In this document: positions 1 through 12,722 of the stretch, piece by piece | How positions within the stretch are numbered: position 1 is the first letter of the stretch | Layout of the letters: each line of letters opens with the position of its first letter | DNA from: Amoebophrya sp. A120 | Taxonomy: Eukaryota > Protista > Dinoflagellata | Length of the DNA: 64,000 nucleotides | Direction: 5' to 3' | Assembly (NCBI GenBank): GCA_905178155.1 | Contig: CAJINV010000003.1 | Coordinates: 2,561,065 to 2,625,064, forward strand | Made by a program: the position numbers and the translations under genes | The notes under the pieces: model-generated | Databases searched by the model: none | Told to the model about the DNA's origin: nothing | What the model saw: the letters and a program-made list of their open reading frames with translations, nothing else

Positions 1-123
1 CGCGAAAATCAAAACACGTAATATGAAAACAGCGCGATATGGCTGGCCAGCATGACATTGTGTAAAATTCTTTGCGTTTTTTTTTATCTGCATCACACAC
101 ACACACAGTTTTTTTCTTGCATA

Positions 124-3100
124 ATGAGCGACCTGCGTATGGAGTGCGACCGACTGCGGTCCGAGGCCCTGTCCGCGCAGGCCGCCGTGCCCACGGAGCC
201 CCAGGTGCCGGCCGCCGAGCTTGCGGCGCTGCAGGCCGAGCTGGCCGCGGCAAAATCGGATCTGGACGCGGCGCGCGCCGAAGTGGTCGCCAAGGACGCG
301 GAAGTATCCAGTATTCGGGCGGAGCAAGCCAGTTCCCCGGTGGTGGAGGATCTGTCGGGGCCGCTGCGCGAGGCGGAGGCGCGGCTACGAGCCATGACGT
401 CCGAACTGGAGGATTACCAATCCGGAGCGAAGGTGGCCGCGTCGGTATCTGCGGCAAACGAAGAGGAAATGCGGCGGCAGATCGAGGAGGCCAAGGCGGC
501 GGCACGCGCGGAGGCGGAAGAGGCGGCCAAGGAGGAACTGGAAAAGACCAAGTCCATTCTGGCCGAAACGCAGAACGCGAATGTGGAAGATCCAGAGTGG
601 TCTAACATCAAGCGAAAGTACTCCGAAGCCTCGGCGAACTGGGTGGATGAGCTCGTTTCAAGCAGGGTATGCATGTCCTTGATTGTGAATTAATTTTCCA
701 AAGATAAAGAAGTCGCAGCTGCAAAACCAAAAGTAAAACCCGTTCGTTGATGATTTATTAGAGGCCTCGTTTATTTGAAACTCTGCGCAGTTGTTTCTCG
801 CGATAGAAAGTAGCAAGTTGGTGTAATTCTTCATTCATGAGTTACATACTGTTACTAACTCATAAAACCGCACCGCCGTCGTCGTCGAAAGAATAAGAAT
901 TTACTTGGGAGACAAGATCCTGTAGCCGGTTTGTCGAGAAACTGGTTCTTGTGTTTGTGATCTCCTACCTACGTAAACGTACTTATCTAAGTATCTCAAA
1001 AAAAAATTGAAATTTTGTCAATTTTTGCAGGAACGGGCGGAGTCTCAGATTTCAACTTTGACTAAGGACCTTGACCACTACATATCCACCGCAAATATGT
1101 CTGGGTCTGGAACGATGCGAACTTGTGATCATGCGCATTTCACAACGCATAAAAATGAAAATCTCTCATGAATAGGCAGCAAAAGGTGCCCACTTTGTGT
1201 CACCAAGATGGGGGATTTGTTATGCGGAATGGGCATCGCGGAAGGTTCTCGAAATCTGTGATGCTTCTAGGCCTTCCATGACAATCCTGCTGCTTCATGC
1301 AAAAAGAGCATGACAAAAATCTGCATTCTTCCAGACCCAGACATATTTGCACTTGATACTACAAGAGCGAGTACGACAAGATCAACGAGGAAGCGGAGGC
1401 GATGACAGCCGAAGTGGCGATATCCTGAGTAAACGAATGTCCCCACGACCCCAAAGTCAAGACGGAAATTTTCTAGGACAAGCCCAGAGCTTTTGAGCCT
1501 CGTCACGCATGAAAAATTTGGTTTTGCAGTTCCTTAGTCCTCTTGCGCAGGAGCTCGTAGTCCGGACGCATGACATTGACAAGCCGCTCCATTTTTTTTA
1601 TCCAGATTAGCGCATGACGATGACGACAGAGATTCCTGATCATCACTACAAATAATAATGAATGCCTTTCATGTAGTAGTTGGAGAGCCGGAGCCGCAGG
1701 AGAAACATTTTGAACATGCAAACTTGCATCTCAAATTTGGCCTGGGGACGTTTTTCCTCTGGATAGGCGAAGATGCAGCTGGAGGTCGAGAACGCGGCGG
1801 CGTCCATGTCAGTCGTGCATGCCACCGAGGTGGGCGGCGACGGCGACAGCAAGGCTGCCCGTGAGGCCATGCGCAGCTACCAGGCCTTATCCCACAGAAA
1901 AAAGCAGGTGGCATGGCATGTGTGTAATACAAAAAAAATACTAGTATACTTTATTGAGATGAGAGAAAGATCTGTCAACATGGATGATGGTGTGTACCAA
2001 TTTAGTTATGTCCTGCCTGCTGCTTTTTTGTGGGGGATAGGCCTCCACGTCAGAGGACGAGATTGCGCGCAAGGCTCAGGTATCAACTGCAAAGATGTCG
2101 CCTGGGGCTCTAAGAAAGAGTGCGCTAGTTTGTCATGCATTTTTGCATCCTCTGGAACACATGGTATGGAAAAAGTGGGCAGCGTGGTTTAGCATTCATG
2201 CAATGCGGATTTTTGTCTGGTGTCAGTCTGCTCGAGAGCTAGCATGACAAATTGGAACTCTTCCGAACCCAGAGTAATATTTGCGATGCATACCAGGAGA
2301 TCGACCGTGGCGACCTGGTGCAGCTGCGGCTGGGCCAAGACGACATCCCGGCGGGCGTGTACGGTGTGATCAAGAAGCGCACCAGCGACAGGGACCTCGA
2401 GGTGCGCGTGGCCGTGGTGAACTGCCCCCTGCTGAAGATCCTCGGCAAGGGCCTCCGGTTGAAGGCCAAGCGCGGCACCTTCCTCGGGATACCCGGGGCG
2501 CCGGAAGAATTCGCGGCCCTGGCGCTGGACGACGCGGACGAGGTGGCGGAGGAGCTGGGCGAGGAACTGAGTCCGCGGGGCAGCCGCCGGGGCTCCCCCC
2601 GCGCGCCGCACATCGACGGCATGATGCAAACGTTGGTGACCGAAACCCGGGAGGACGCGACGGCCATGACGCCGCGCCGCGAGCGGAAAAACACGAAGGG
2701 AAAAACGCAGCACGAGGTGCACTCGCCGGGCCGAAAGATCGTGGAGACCAAAGACACCGACTACGACAGCATGACCGGCCGCACCGTCGCGAGCTACCGC
2801 CAGGAGGCGGAGGAGAAGCGGCGGGAGAGCACGGTGGCCATGAGCCTGGCCGAGCGGCTGAAGGCGGAGCTGGCGTCGCTGAAGCAGAGTCGGGAGGAGA
2901 TCTCCCAGAAGTTCGAGGCCCTGCAGGACGCGCACCACGAGCTGCTGCAGAAGCAGGAGCGCGCTTTCGACGAGGACCTGACGGAAAAGTGCGAAAACGA
3001 CGTGTACGTGTTCTGTCTGTGGCTGATGCGGTATCATGTCGAAAAGCGTCCCCATTCCAGACGAGTTGTTAAGTATGCTGATTTGCATTTACAGGAACAT

Positions 3101-6100
3101 CTGCAATGCGCATCCACAGGAGAGGAATTTGTAGTCGTGTTCCGGGAAGCAGAAGAACAAGATTTCGATTTGTACGTAATGCTGCAAACACGATAAGCAG
3201 GCGGTTTTGTGATGCGGCTGTCCTTGTAGTTGCTAACCCACCGTCATAGATAGAAACTTGTCATGCATAACTCCCAAAACTTGAAGATTTGTCTTGCCGG
3301 TTTACCAACTTGACGCGGGCGGGGACGTTTTTGCACAGGATATGGGGCGATTCCTGACCATTCGCGAGGGGTTTGCGGCGCTAGACGAGAATATGACAGT
3401 GCACAACTCCCCCTTCCCCTCATTTGTCATGCAAAACTAGGCGTGGCACTGTGATCCAAGAAGAGACGAAGCGGGGAGGGGGTGCGGGGAGGGAAAGTTC
3501 GATGAGGGGGGGCGAAAAGAAAGAGCGGGTACTTGTGGTAACCGAGGAAAGTTTGAAGTGTGTACGCGCGAGGCGGAACGCGCGGAAAAGTTGAAAGCAT
3601 AGATGAAAGGCGCGATAGAGAAACAGCAAAAGCTGCCGCCTCGGTACGTGTACGCCTGAAAGCTGAGCATGTGAAAAGGCAAGAAGCCGGTGAGCGTGCA
3701 GAGCAAAGTCGCAGCGCTAACTGCAAAAGCAGCAGAATCGTAGAGGGCGCGCGTTCGGTGAGCAAGTCGTGGAACAGAAAGAAAGACGTCGGAAAAGAAA
3801 CGCAGGTCGTGCAAAAAAGAGAGCCGCCTTTCCCTTTCGTCGGTGTAGGAAAGAACGGCTCAAAGTCGGTTTGTGCAAAGGGACTGCAAAAAGTGCGCGC
3901 CTCCGGCGCGGCTAGTCAGCCGGTGGGAAGAAGAAAAACAGGAAGCGCGACGCAGAAATGGGCAGAACAGGTTCTCGTGGAAGGTACGGGGATGCATCGA
4001 GGGCGAGCGCCTGTGCGATGGCGTTGCGGCGCCGACACTCACCATGGTTGCGTCTATTTCCTGCTCCTTTTCCAATGGATTGCCGCGGTGGTGCCACCTT
4101 TGGCCGTTTTGCATTACAGCGCAGCGTGCCTTTTTCCGCTGCCGCCCGGGTTTCGCCGCGGCGTCTCTGACCGCACCGGGCTGAACCGCGGAGCCTTTGA
4201 CCGCCCCGGGACGCGCCGCGCCGGGATGGACCGCGGCGCCTTGAGCCGCCCCGGGATTGGCCGCGGCGCCTTTGACCGCGCCGGGATGGACCGCGGCGCC
4301 TTGAGCCGCCCCGGGATTGGCCGCGGCGCCTTTGACCGCGCCGGGATGGACCGCGGCGCCTTGAGCCGCCCCGGGATTGGCCGCGGCGCCTTTGACCGCG
4401 CCGGGATGGACCGCGGCGCCTTGAGCCGCCCCGGGATTGGCCGCGGCGCCTTTGACCGCGCCGGGATGGACCGCGGCGCCTTGAGCCGCCCCGGGATGGG
4501 CCGCAGCGCCTTTGACCGCGCCGGGATGGGCCGCGGCGCCTTGAACCGCCCCGGGATTGGCCGCGGCGCCTTTGACCGCCCCGCGATTCAGCCCTTTTTT
4601 TGGCGGTCGATCGCGGTCAAACGCGCCGCCGAAATCGCGGTCGCGCCCCCCCCAAATCGCGGCCAAACGCGCTGCGCCCCCGCCTCGACCGGCCTTGGCC
4701 AAGATTGCAAAACCGCGACCGCGGCGGGATTAGCGCGACCGCGAAGCGCCCCTCTGGGGACCGCCCCCGCGTTTTACCGCGACCGCGTTTTGGGGGGGCG
4801 TCCGGCGTTTTTTTTGGGGGCGCGACCGCGTTTCTGCCGGGGTACGACCGCGATTTTGCCGGGGCGCGACCGCGTTTGGGCGCCCCGCGTTTGACCGCCC
4901 CCCCCGCGTTTACCCGACCCGCGTTTGACCGCGACCGCCCCCGCTTCGTCTTTGTCTTATATAATATTAATGGCAAATCCACCCTTTGCCTCTTGGCACT
5001 GTTTGCATGACAAGCTCTGGTAGCCCAAATAGCACTACAGTCCAGTGTAGATTTGTCATGCAAAACCGGCACTGTTGCTGATGCTTGTATTGCCGTTCAC
5101 GCGATACAAATGAGGGGGAGGGGGAGCTGTGCACTCTCACAGAGAACGGGCAGGGGTCGATCACGCTGGGAGAGCTGGTGGACGGGCTAGAGAAGCACAA
5201 GTTCATCACCTTCTTCGCCAAGCGCGTGTTCCGGAAACTGGACGTGGACGGGTCCTACCAAATCGACAAATTCGATGTCGATCTGGGTCTGCATCAGTTG
5301 TAGTGCAGCAGCTTCGTTTGTCTTCATACAGATTTTGCATGCCTCACGAGGGAGCAAGAGCATGACGACTTGGAAGATGCAGGGCGGTCTAGTTGTGTCA
5401 CAGATTTTGCATGGGCTTCGCATAGAGAACAAATGATACTGTTTTAGCAGGGCCAAAGAAGGGCTGCTACCCGTGCACGACAAGTTTCTTGTGTGTACAA
5501 AACTGCGGGACGCATCACAAGTTCTTGATGCAATGTAGTTCCAGACCCAGGTCACTAAATATTTGCAATGCATAGGTCCGGCGACCTAGAGATCCGGGAG
5601 ATTATCGACCTGAAGGAGCAGTGGGCGTTGGTGGAGAACGAGCGGCAGCAGATCTCGAAGGCGGAGGTGGACGCCATGAAAGAGGGGTGGAGCAAGAAGG
5701 AGGAGATGCTGCGGCGCTACTACGAGGAGGCGAAGAAGAAGGCCGCGGAGCTGGAGCAGATCGTGAAGGAGGGCGGCGGCCGCGGGCGGGGGCGCGGGAA
5801 CGGCGACACGGTGAACCAGGAGGAGATGAAGCGCGTGCAGGAGGAGGCGGCCAAGGTGCAGAAGAACCTCGAGAAGAAGATCGCGCACCTGGAGACGCAA
5901 CTCTCGGAGCAGTCCGAGGGGTACAAGTCGCTGGAGGAGAAGTGCGGGAAGTCCATCTGGCAGAACCGGCAGGACCTGGTGGAGATGCAGAAGCTGAAGC
6001 GCGAGAAGCAGGAGGTGGAGACCAACATGGGCAAGCTCCAGAAGAAGTACGACGCGCTGAAGCGGGCGCGGGAGGCGAACCAGTTCATTGAACAGGTGAT

Positions 6101-9100
6101 GAGCGACCAGCAGGCCGTGTTCGGGGCGGGCCCGGCCGCCGCGACCGGCACCGGGTCGCCGGCGCCCGCCGCGCACCTGCTTCCCGCGGCCCCGATCGTG
6201 GACCCGGTGACCGGCGAACAGGTGCTGCCCGCGTCGCACCTGCTCCCCGTCGGGGGCCCGGACCAACAGGCGGCGTTCGACCAGTTCGCGAACATGCTGC
6301 GGGAGGAGGGAGCCGGGATCCGGGAGGTTTCGTCCGCGTCCCTGTTCCAGAAGTTGGAAGGCAAGGAGGTGCCCTACCGAATCCGAAACGAGGCCATCTC
6401 GGGCGCGAAGAAGCGGTGGCAGCTTCTCTACGCGGACGCGGTCCACCGAAAGGGAACCAACCGATCGCATGGAGGTAAAATCTTTGAAGAACATGTGTAT
6501 GCTGCATTTGAGAAATCGTTTTGGTTTTGTTGCCTGAGTTTGCCTGTTCTGTTGTGGTGCTGCTGGCAACATCTTCATGATCCCGTGTGCATGTCGCTCG
6601 CGGGCTCAATAAGTGAAGAATGGTCCTCTTTATTGAGAGAGACAAAAGCTCTACTTCTTGTTCCCAAAAGAAAAACCTATACATAAATCACATTCACAGT
6701 GGCCTTCGCTTCCTTGTCACCGCGGCCAGGCGGGGTGCGGATTACGAGCCCCCCTCCGCTGGTGCACGAGCTCCGGGACGCTATGGCAGGGTCGCCTCAC
6801 GCGAGTTGGTCCTACAATTTCCGGTCCTTCGCGTCCCCCAGCAAGCCGGAGCTGTACCACGCCCCGCATCGGTCTACGAACGACGCGCCGCCCTTCTCCC
6901 CGTCGAAGGTGGTGTCCATGGCGGGCCTCCTGCAGACCGGGGACCACCTGATCCACGGCAAGACGCACCACGGCGGGTTTCTGCCCAAGCACACCCGCCA
7001 GGCCCTGAACCGGAAACGACGACAGCAAGCCTCCCTCTCGCCGCGTCGCTCGGACTCCGGGTCTCCGAGGGGCGAAAGTCCGTTCTCGACGTTTGCATCC
7101 ATGCTCGCCGGGCAAAACAGTATGCCGCCGCCGGGAGGAGCGAGTCGCAGGTAGAATTTGACGACATACTTACACAGTGTTTTTTTTCTTTTTGCTTCGT
7201 GGACCAAAAAAAACGCCGCTTCTTTTCTGTTTTTTGTTGGGGATGAAGGTGAACTGTTTGTTTGTTTCTTGCACTTATTCCTCAGTAGAAACAATAACAA
7301 AGCGCAATGCCAATGTTGATGCAGGAACAACGGACTATATGCATGATAGTGCGTGTTCTGAAGTATAGATCGTCAAGTTGAAGAACTTCAGATTGTAACT
7401 GTTTGCAATTGAAATTCGCAACGAGGTACCTGATTCGCACTCCACCACAAGGCACGAGTCGCGGAGGGAACAATATTCACACGAGTCCAGATTCTTCCCA
7501 GACCCAGTTCTTTCAGCCGGCGCCGGCGCAGATGAGTACTACCAACCTGCAGTTTCCGCAGTATGAAATGCAAAAATGTCTGGGTCTGGAAGATTGGAAC
7601 TTGTGATGCTAACTTTGGACTATAAAAAAATCTGTATTGCATGACCAGCAAGAGGAGTCTAGTTTGTGCTACGCGGGGAGGGCGTTTGTCATGCGGAGTT
7701 GGCATCAGGAAGCCCTCTAAAAATTTGTGATGCTAGGGGGTGCATTACAGACGTCCTGGCTCATGCATAATATGCATGACACCAAGTCTCAGAATCTTCC
7801 AGACCCAGACACTTTTGCATTTGATACGCAGCCACCATCGGTCATTTCCGTGGGCCCCGCCCCCTCACTCCGGACGCCGTCCGTGCACGCATTGTCTCCG
7901 CGGCGGAGCCCCAGCCCAAGGCCGATCGCTGGGGAGGCCGTTGAACTCACTGACCAATCTATCCTGAGTAAAAACGTACCCACACCATAGTCAAGATGGG
8001 GAATCCGCTAGACAAGTCCACAAGTTTTGGCTGTTTTGCATGACAAATTTGGATTCGTAGTGTAGTGCTGTTTGAGCTAGCTCAGCAGCATCACAGATCT
8101 AGCATACCATGCTGATTGGAGCATGACAAATTGCAAAACACGACTAGAAAATGCTTCTCATGGGGCTCCGCATGAGAAACATTTTCAGCATGCAGATTTG
8201 CATTACAACTCTAGTGTGGGTACGTTTTTACTCAGGATACAATCCGCTGCTGCGCTGCTCAAGAATTTCGGCCCCGCGAGTCCACGACGCCGCCGCGAGG
8301 GTGCCCTACAAGTCAGCTATGCATTGCAAATATGTCTGGGTCTGGAAACTTGTAATGCTGAGTTGTGAATAGTGAATGCTGTGTAATGCGCAGCCAAGCA
8401 CGAGAAATAAAAATATTTGCGCGGCTTAGTGTTGTCCTTACCGCATGGCAACCTGCGTTTTTGCATGACAAGAAAATAAAAGGGCATCTTCTTGGACACG
8501 CATCACAAACTCGCCAGTCATGCCACACAAGCATGACAGACCTTGCATCCTTCCAGACCCACACATATTTGCACTCCATATCAGCTACGAAGATCCCATG
8601 GACCTTTACAACGTACAACTTGCTTCAAAACAATGCAGATTGTTTACGAATTTACGGCTGCTTCTGGTTACTATCTAGTTTTTGGAAAAGGCTGTAGTTT
8701 TATATTTCCGTCGGTTTATACGACAATTAATTTCTAGCTTGCTTCGCCTGCTGGCTCGGCTGCTGCTGCTCGGCTTACAACTCCGCAGGTGTGTTTTTGA
8801 CTCCGGAGAAACTCTTTTTCGACGTGGCTCCCAGGTCAAGAATTCTCTTGGTAAATTTTGAAGGTTGTTGTTTTTGGGACACTTTTTTGAAGCCGCAAAA
8901 CCCGGAGTTTCCCATGCGCTAGCGAATTTTGAACAGGAGCCGGATTTCAAAATTCACCGGCGCCCTTTTCAAAATTCACCCCAAAATTCACCGGGCGCCC
9001 CTTTTCGACCGTGATAAGCAAACTTTAGCGCAGAAAAGTGCTCAAAAAAGTCCGCAAATAGGCCCTAGGAATTGGCGCCGAGGGGAAAAGACAAGCGCCC

Positions 9101-11927
9101 TCTGCTGCCCTCATCCCGCCTATATTCTGCCGAAAAGACCGGGAGAGTTCACGCGCCTGCCGGATAGACGCGTCAAAGCTCTCGGCCTGGTCCTTTCGCC
9201 CTTGCTTTCGCGCCTTCATCTTGCCTAATTGTATGTGCTCCGGAGCCCTTATGTTTGGCCTTGGCGTCTTTGCTGTGGCTGTTGCAGTGTTGTGCCCTTA
9301 TGCGAGCACAGGGAGACGAAAAGATATGGGCAAAGAACAACGCCCAGGCCATGTCTAGAAGCCGCCCGCCGCATAAGCCTTGACAACTTCCGCGGTCGGT
9401 GTGCAGAACCCACTTCCCAGAAGGGCAAGAGGGACAACGTGCCGGCGGACTCATCTGCACTTTGTCATGCAAAATTCACTACAAATTCGCCACTTCTCAT
9501 GCTAACGGATGTGAAAGCTCTAATGCTTGAGGCGGGTGGGGCTGAAGAATTTCGGCCCCGCGAGTCCACGGCGCCGCCGCGAGGGTGCCCTACAAGTCAG
9601 CTACGAAGATCCCATGGACCTCTACGACGTACTTGCTTCAAAACAATGCAGATTGTTTTTGAATTTGCGTCTGCCTCTGGTTATTTTATAACTATCTTAT
9701 CTAGTTTTTGGAAAAGACGTGGTAAAGTAAACTCTAAAATCTACTGACAGGTGGCCCAAGCCTACCAGAGAAGTCGTTCGCACAGCAGGATCGAGGGCAC
9801 GCGCGAACCGAGCTCGCACCACCTGGAGACTCCGCCGATGTCGCCAAGCGCCTCCATGTCGCCGCGGTCGGCCCGGCGCCGGTCCAGCCCGCGGACCGCG
9901 AAGCACAGCCAGAACATCTCCATGGCCAGCATCCCCGACGGTCGCATGGGTCCGGTGAGCAAAATCAATTTGTCGGCGGTGAACGTGATGGATCCGGCCC
10001 CGGTGACTCAGAAAGCGGTTCCGGGTCACAAACTCGGGCAGCGGCGCTCCCCTATCAAAAGGAAAAATCCCCCCTCCCCATATCGAAACGAAGTTTCTGA
10101 TGCTGGATTTCCGTACACAAATCAGATTTGTCTTGCTGGAGAGGACTGCAGGCATATGCCAAGCCTCATTCGAGAGGTTTTGACGTAGGCGCCTAGCATG
10201 GCAAATGTGTATGCTCTAAGCCCAACAGCATCACAAACCGCCTGGAAAGTGCGGGGCGCTCTCTGGACTTGCTTTCTTGTTCTTGCAAGACAGACAGGAT
10301 TTGAGGTCGCAAATGCGCATCACAAATTACCAGACGGATACGTTTTCAATAGGGGGAGGGGGGATTTTTCCTTACGATATCCCCGTCGCCTGCAGTCTCG
10401 CTGAGCCACCTCGGCAGCGTGGAAATCGGGGACTCCACCTCGTTATCAAATGTAAAAATGTCTGGGTCTGGAAGGTTAGAACTTGTCATGCTAAATCTGA
10501 ATGATGCAAAAATCTGTGTTGCGTGAGTACCAAAAGCTGTCCGCTTTTGACCAAGTTGAGAGGGAGTTTCTCATGCAGGAAAGGCATGACAGAGACCTCA
10601 CAAAATCTGTCATGCTGGGTCTCACATTCCAGACCTCATGGGTCATGGAAAACCTGCATCACAAATCTTGCATTCTTCCAGACCCAGACATTTTTACATT
10701 TGATTCTCGTACGCCACTCTGCAGCCACCAATCGGCGTGTACAGCAGCCCGTCTCTGACCGTGACGCACCAGGGGACGACTGGCGGAGGACCCAATTTCA
10801 TCACCGCACAGAGCTCTGTGAATACTATGTTGAAGCCCAACGGCGCAAACAATGGGACAACAACCTCAAGCAGCAAGGCAGCGACCAAGTCCGGCCCGCA
10901 GGGCGGTGGTCAGCTCCACCAGGGACGCCCCGGCGCGCGCGGTGGCCACCCAGGCGAGAGTCGATCGCGCAGTCTCAGCCTCGAGTTTCCCCGAGTGGAT
11001 TCGGTGCAGCTGATCAGTCCCGCGAAAAAGTTCCAGACAGCGCCACGCGAGGTTGTCTCCACGACAGTTCGCACCGGCGTGCGCAACCGCAGTCGGTCGC
11101 CCGCGGAGCTGCAGTCCGGCGGAGGAATGGCGAACAGTAACAACAATATGACGAAGCAAAGCAGCCTGTCCACGTTGGCAATTTCGTTTGACCCAACCTC
11201 CACCGCTGCCGGCGCGCAGCACCAGCAACACCCGCAGAGACACGGCTCGCCCATGCGCGGCCCGGCGCCCGTCGGTCGACGTAACTCCCGGACCGCGGAC
11301 AGCCAGGCCAGCAACGAGTCGGCGAGAAAACTGGGGCAACTGTCCGCGGATATCCTGCTGCGCGGCGGTGGTCCGACGACCGCAGGGAACACGCCGCACT
11401 TCGGCACCACGGCCAGCGCCAACATGATGATGTCCACGCGGAACAACACGAGTACGGAGCGCGCCCCGGTGGTGAGCGGACAGCACTTTGACACGCGAGA
11501 CCTCCCGGAGGCAAGCGCCACCTCCCACAGTTTCTTCGCGTCGCCCGGCAAGAAGCTGGGCGGCAGCTACTCCAAGCCGCCAAGCACCTACAAGGTGCCG
11601 GGCGGCCGCTACATTCCCAAGAAAGAGCTGCCCGGTCAGTTAGCCGCGATCGAGATTAACACGACGAAGGTCGTTGGGGGCAACAGCCAACACTTCACCT
11701 CGGTGGAATCCATCACGAGCATGGGCGGGGGAGACCACGACTTACGAACAAACTCCAGCGGCTTGCCGTGGGATCCCCGGGATCCGCCGGGGAAAAACGC
11801 GTTGCCCGTCACCTTCGCCGGCAAAAAGCAGTCATCGGTGAGCCCACCCAAGAAGAAAATGCCTCCACCCATGCCGCAGCTCTCGCCCTTCAAGTCCGTG
11901 GACCAATGGGTCCAGGACACAAAGTGA
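124..11927 (+). CDS. Large coiled-coil protein with an EF-hand pair and a low-complexity Ser/Pro-rich tail (multi-exon; may be two genes split near 7154)
   Basis: Frame is continuous after removing GT-AG introns 667-1030, 6475-6699 and 8613-9750 plus 12 TIR elements. EF-hand loops LDENGQGSITLGE and LDVDGSGDLEIRE appear only after removing 3392-5141 and 5256-5574. Junction 7151-~7460 is unresolved. Confidence 0.7.
1083..1358. mobile_element. Introner family A (TIR core AAATRTGTCTGGGTCTGGAA)
   Basis: DR CTACA/CTACA; removal gives DHY|KSEYDK in frame. Confidence 0.9.
1421..1765. mobile_element. Introner family B (TATCCTGAGTAAA..CGTCCCCA)
   Basis: DR GGCGA/GGCGA; imperfect TIR; frame restored (EVA|KMQLE). 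Confidence 0.9.
1888..2039. mobile_element. Introner family C (TATCCCACAGAAAAAAGC)
   Basis: DR GGCCT/GGCCT; TIR; frame restored. Confidence 0.9.
2081..2292. mobile_element. Introner family A, degenerate
   Basis: DR TCAGG/CCAGG; can also be read as GT-AG intron 2080-2296; frame restored. Confidence 0.8.
3032..3342. mobile_element. Introner family B, degenerate
   Basis: DR TGCGG/TGGGG; ends TATCATGTCGAAAAGCGTCCCC / GGGGACGTTTTTGCACAGGATA; frame restored. Confidence 0.85.
3392..5141. mobile_element. Introner family F, 1.75-kb cargo-bearing copy
   Basis: ~36-bp TIR TATGACAGTGCACAACTCCCCCTTCCCCTCATTTGT; DR GAGAA/GAGAA; splits EF-hand LDE|NGQG. Confidence 0.9.
4166..4583. repeat. GC-rich minisatellite with a 60-bp period built from two 30-bp subunits
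   Basis: The 60-mers starting at 4261, 4321 and 4381 are identical (CCGCGGCGCCTTTGACCGCGCCGGGATGGACCGCGGCGCCTTGAGCCGCCCCGGGATTGG). Confidence 0.95.
5256..5574. mobile_element. Introner family A, degenerate
   Basis: DR GGTCC/GGTCC; CTGGGTCTG/CAGACCCAG core; splits EF-hand DVDGS|GDLE. Confidence 0.9.
7562..7826. mobile_element. Introner family A
   Basis: DR CGCAG/CGCAG; ~30-bp TIR; frame restored. Confidence 0.92.
7960..8239. mobile_element. Introner family B, young copy
   Basis: DR CAATC/CAATC; TIR TATCCTGAGTAAAAACGTACCCACAC; near-identical to 26720-26999. Confidence 0.95.
8318..8580. mobile_element. Introner family A, with an empty-site paralog at 9597-9601
   Basis: DR TCAGC/TCAGC; duplicate exon at 9545-9716 lacks the element and has a single TCAGC. 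Confidence 0.95.
9545..9716 (+). repeat. Duplicated exon end plus canonical intron start (paralog of 8261-8690 without the introner)
   Basis: AAGAATTTCGGCCCCGCGAGTCCACG...CAAGTCAGCTACGAAGATCCCATGGACC...TAGTTTTTGGAAAAG is shared by both copies. Confidence 0.9.
10053..10379. mobile_element. Introner family D (TATC..GAAAAATCCCCCCTCCCCATAT)
   Basis: DR TCCCC/TCCCC; TIR; homologous to 15444-15764 and 43154-43476. Confidence 0.92.
10444..10705. mobile_element. Introner family A
   Basis: DR CTCGT/CTCGT; ~30-bp near-perfect TIR; frame restored. Confidence 0.92.
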
Positions 11928-12622
11928 TGAGTAAAACAACCGTAACTTCTGTACACTAGTAAAGTTTTTGTGATTTTTTCCATTCAAAGCACGCGGCTTT
12001 CTCTGCAGGAGTAGCAGCAGGAGTACGTAGCACCTTTAGACTACTTTTGTAATAACTGATCGGTGAGAATCACAATCATATTACCAATAAGAATAACTGT
12101 AGTTTCGACGTTGATGACATTGACAACATGGCGCAAGAAGAAAACGCACGATAAATTTTCAAGACCATTTTGTTTGGTACTGAGCTATCTTTCTACACTT
12201 TTTATTCTGGTACATGAAAGACATAGACAAGAAACCTGTATGTTGAATGTATGTATGATTTGAATTTGATACAACTATTGCAATTGCTTTATTGGTCTGT
12301 CGCAATGTGAATGTCCTATCTCTAGTACAGAGGCCCAGTGCTCGTATCACACGGAGAGCCTGTTCTCTGCTTAAAATCTTCTTTCGTATACATATTTTGG
12401 CGGCTCGAAAAACTTTGTAGGTATCCGGGTTTTATAATTCTTTTCGACAGTAAAAGTAGTGGTAAGTCTAAGTGTAAGTCTAGGTATATTCAATTTCACA
12501 GCGTACAGGCGCGCTGGAAACACGAGAGCGTACATGCAGCATAAACTCTTTTATACATAATGCTTGGAATCCGAATCCTGATCTTGGCCCGTGGATCGGG
12601 GGATTGATCCACCAACAGCGCG

Positions 12623-12722
12623 NNNNNNNNNNNNNNNNNNNNNNNNNNNNNNNNNNNNNNNNNNNNNNNNNNNNNNNNNNNNNNNNNNNNNNNNNNNNNN
12701 NNNNNNNNNNNNNNNNNNNNNN
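12623..12722. other. Assembly gap (100 N)
   Basis: Run of N. Confidence 1.

Noticed and set aside
1420-1428. Element starts (A/G)TATCCT resemble the U12-type 5' splice consensus
   Set aside because: The base before TATC is often C or T, many families start TATG or TATCA, and no U12 branch motif was seen; probably coincidental
4166-4583. CRISPR-like appearance of this array and the 28330-28459 array
   Set aside because: No unique spacers of CRISPR length, no cas genes, eukaryotic context
3560-4894. 444-aa and 280-aa ORFs with decapeptide repeats
   Set aside because: By-products of a stop-free GC-rich 30/60-bp minisatellite inside an intron-like element
2189-6578. Long antisense ORFs opposite coding exons (also at 36428-37102 and 57094-57966)
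   Set aside because: Expected shadow ORFs from high GC3 codon usage
7494-7507. TTCCCAGACCCAG resembling a family A right end
   Set aside because: No partner left end or DR; lies in open coding frame
7723-8697. Recurring short ORFs with 'KCKNVWVWK', 'FQTQTFLHL' or 'MSGSG' peptides throughout the track
   Set aside because: Translations of the family A TIR, not a protein family
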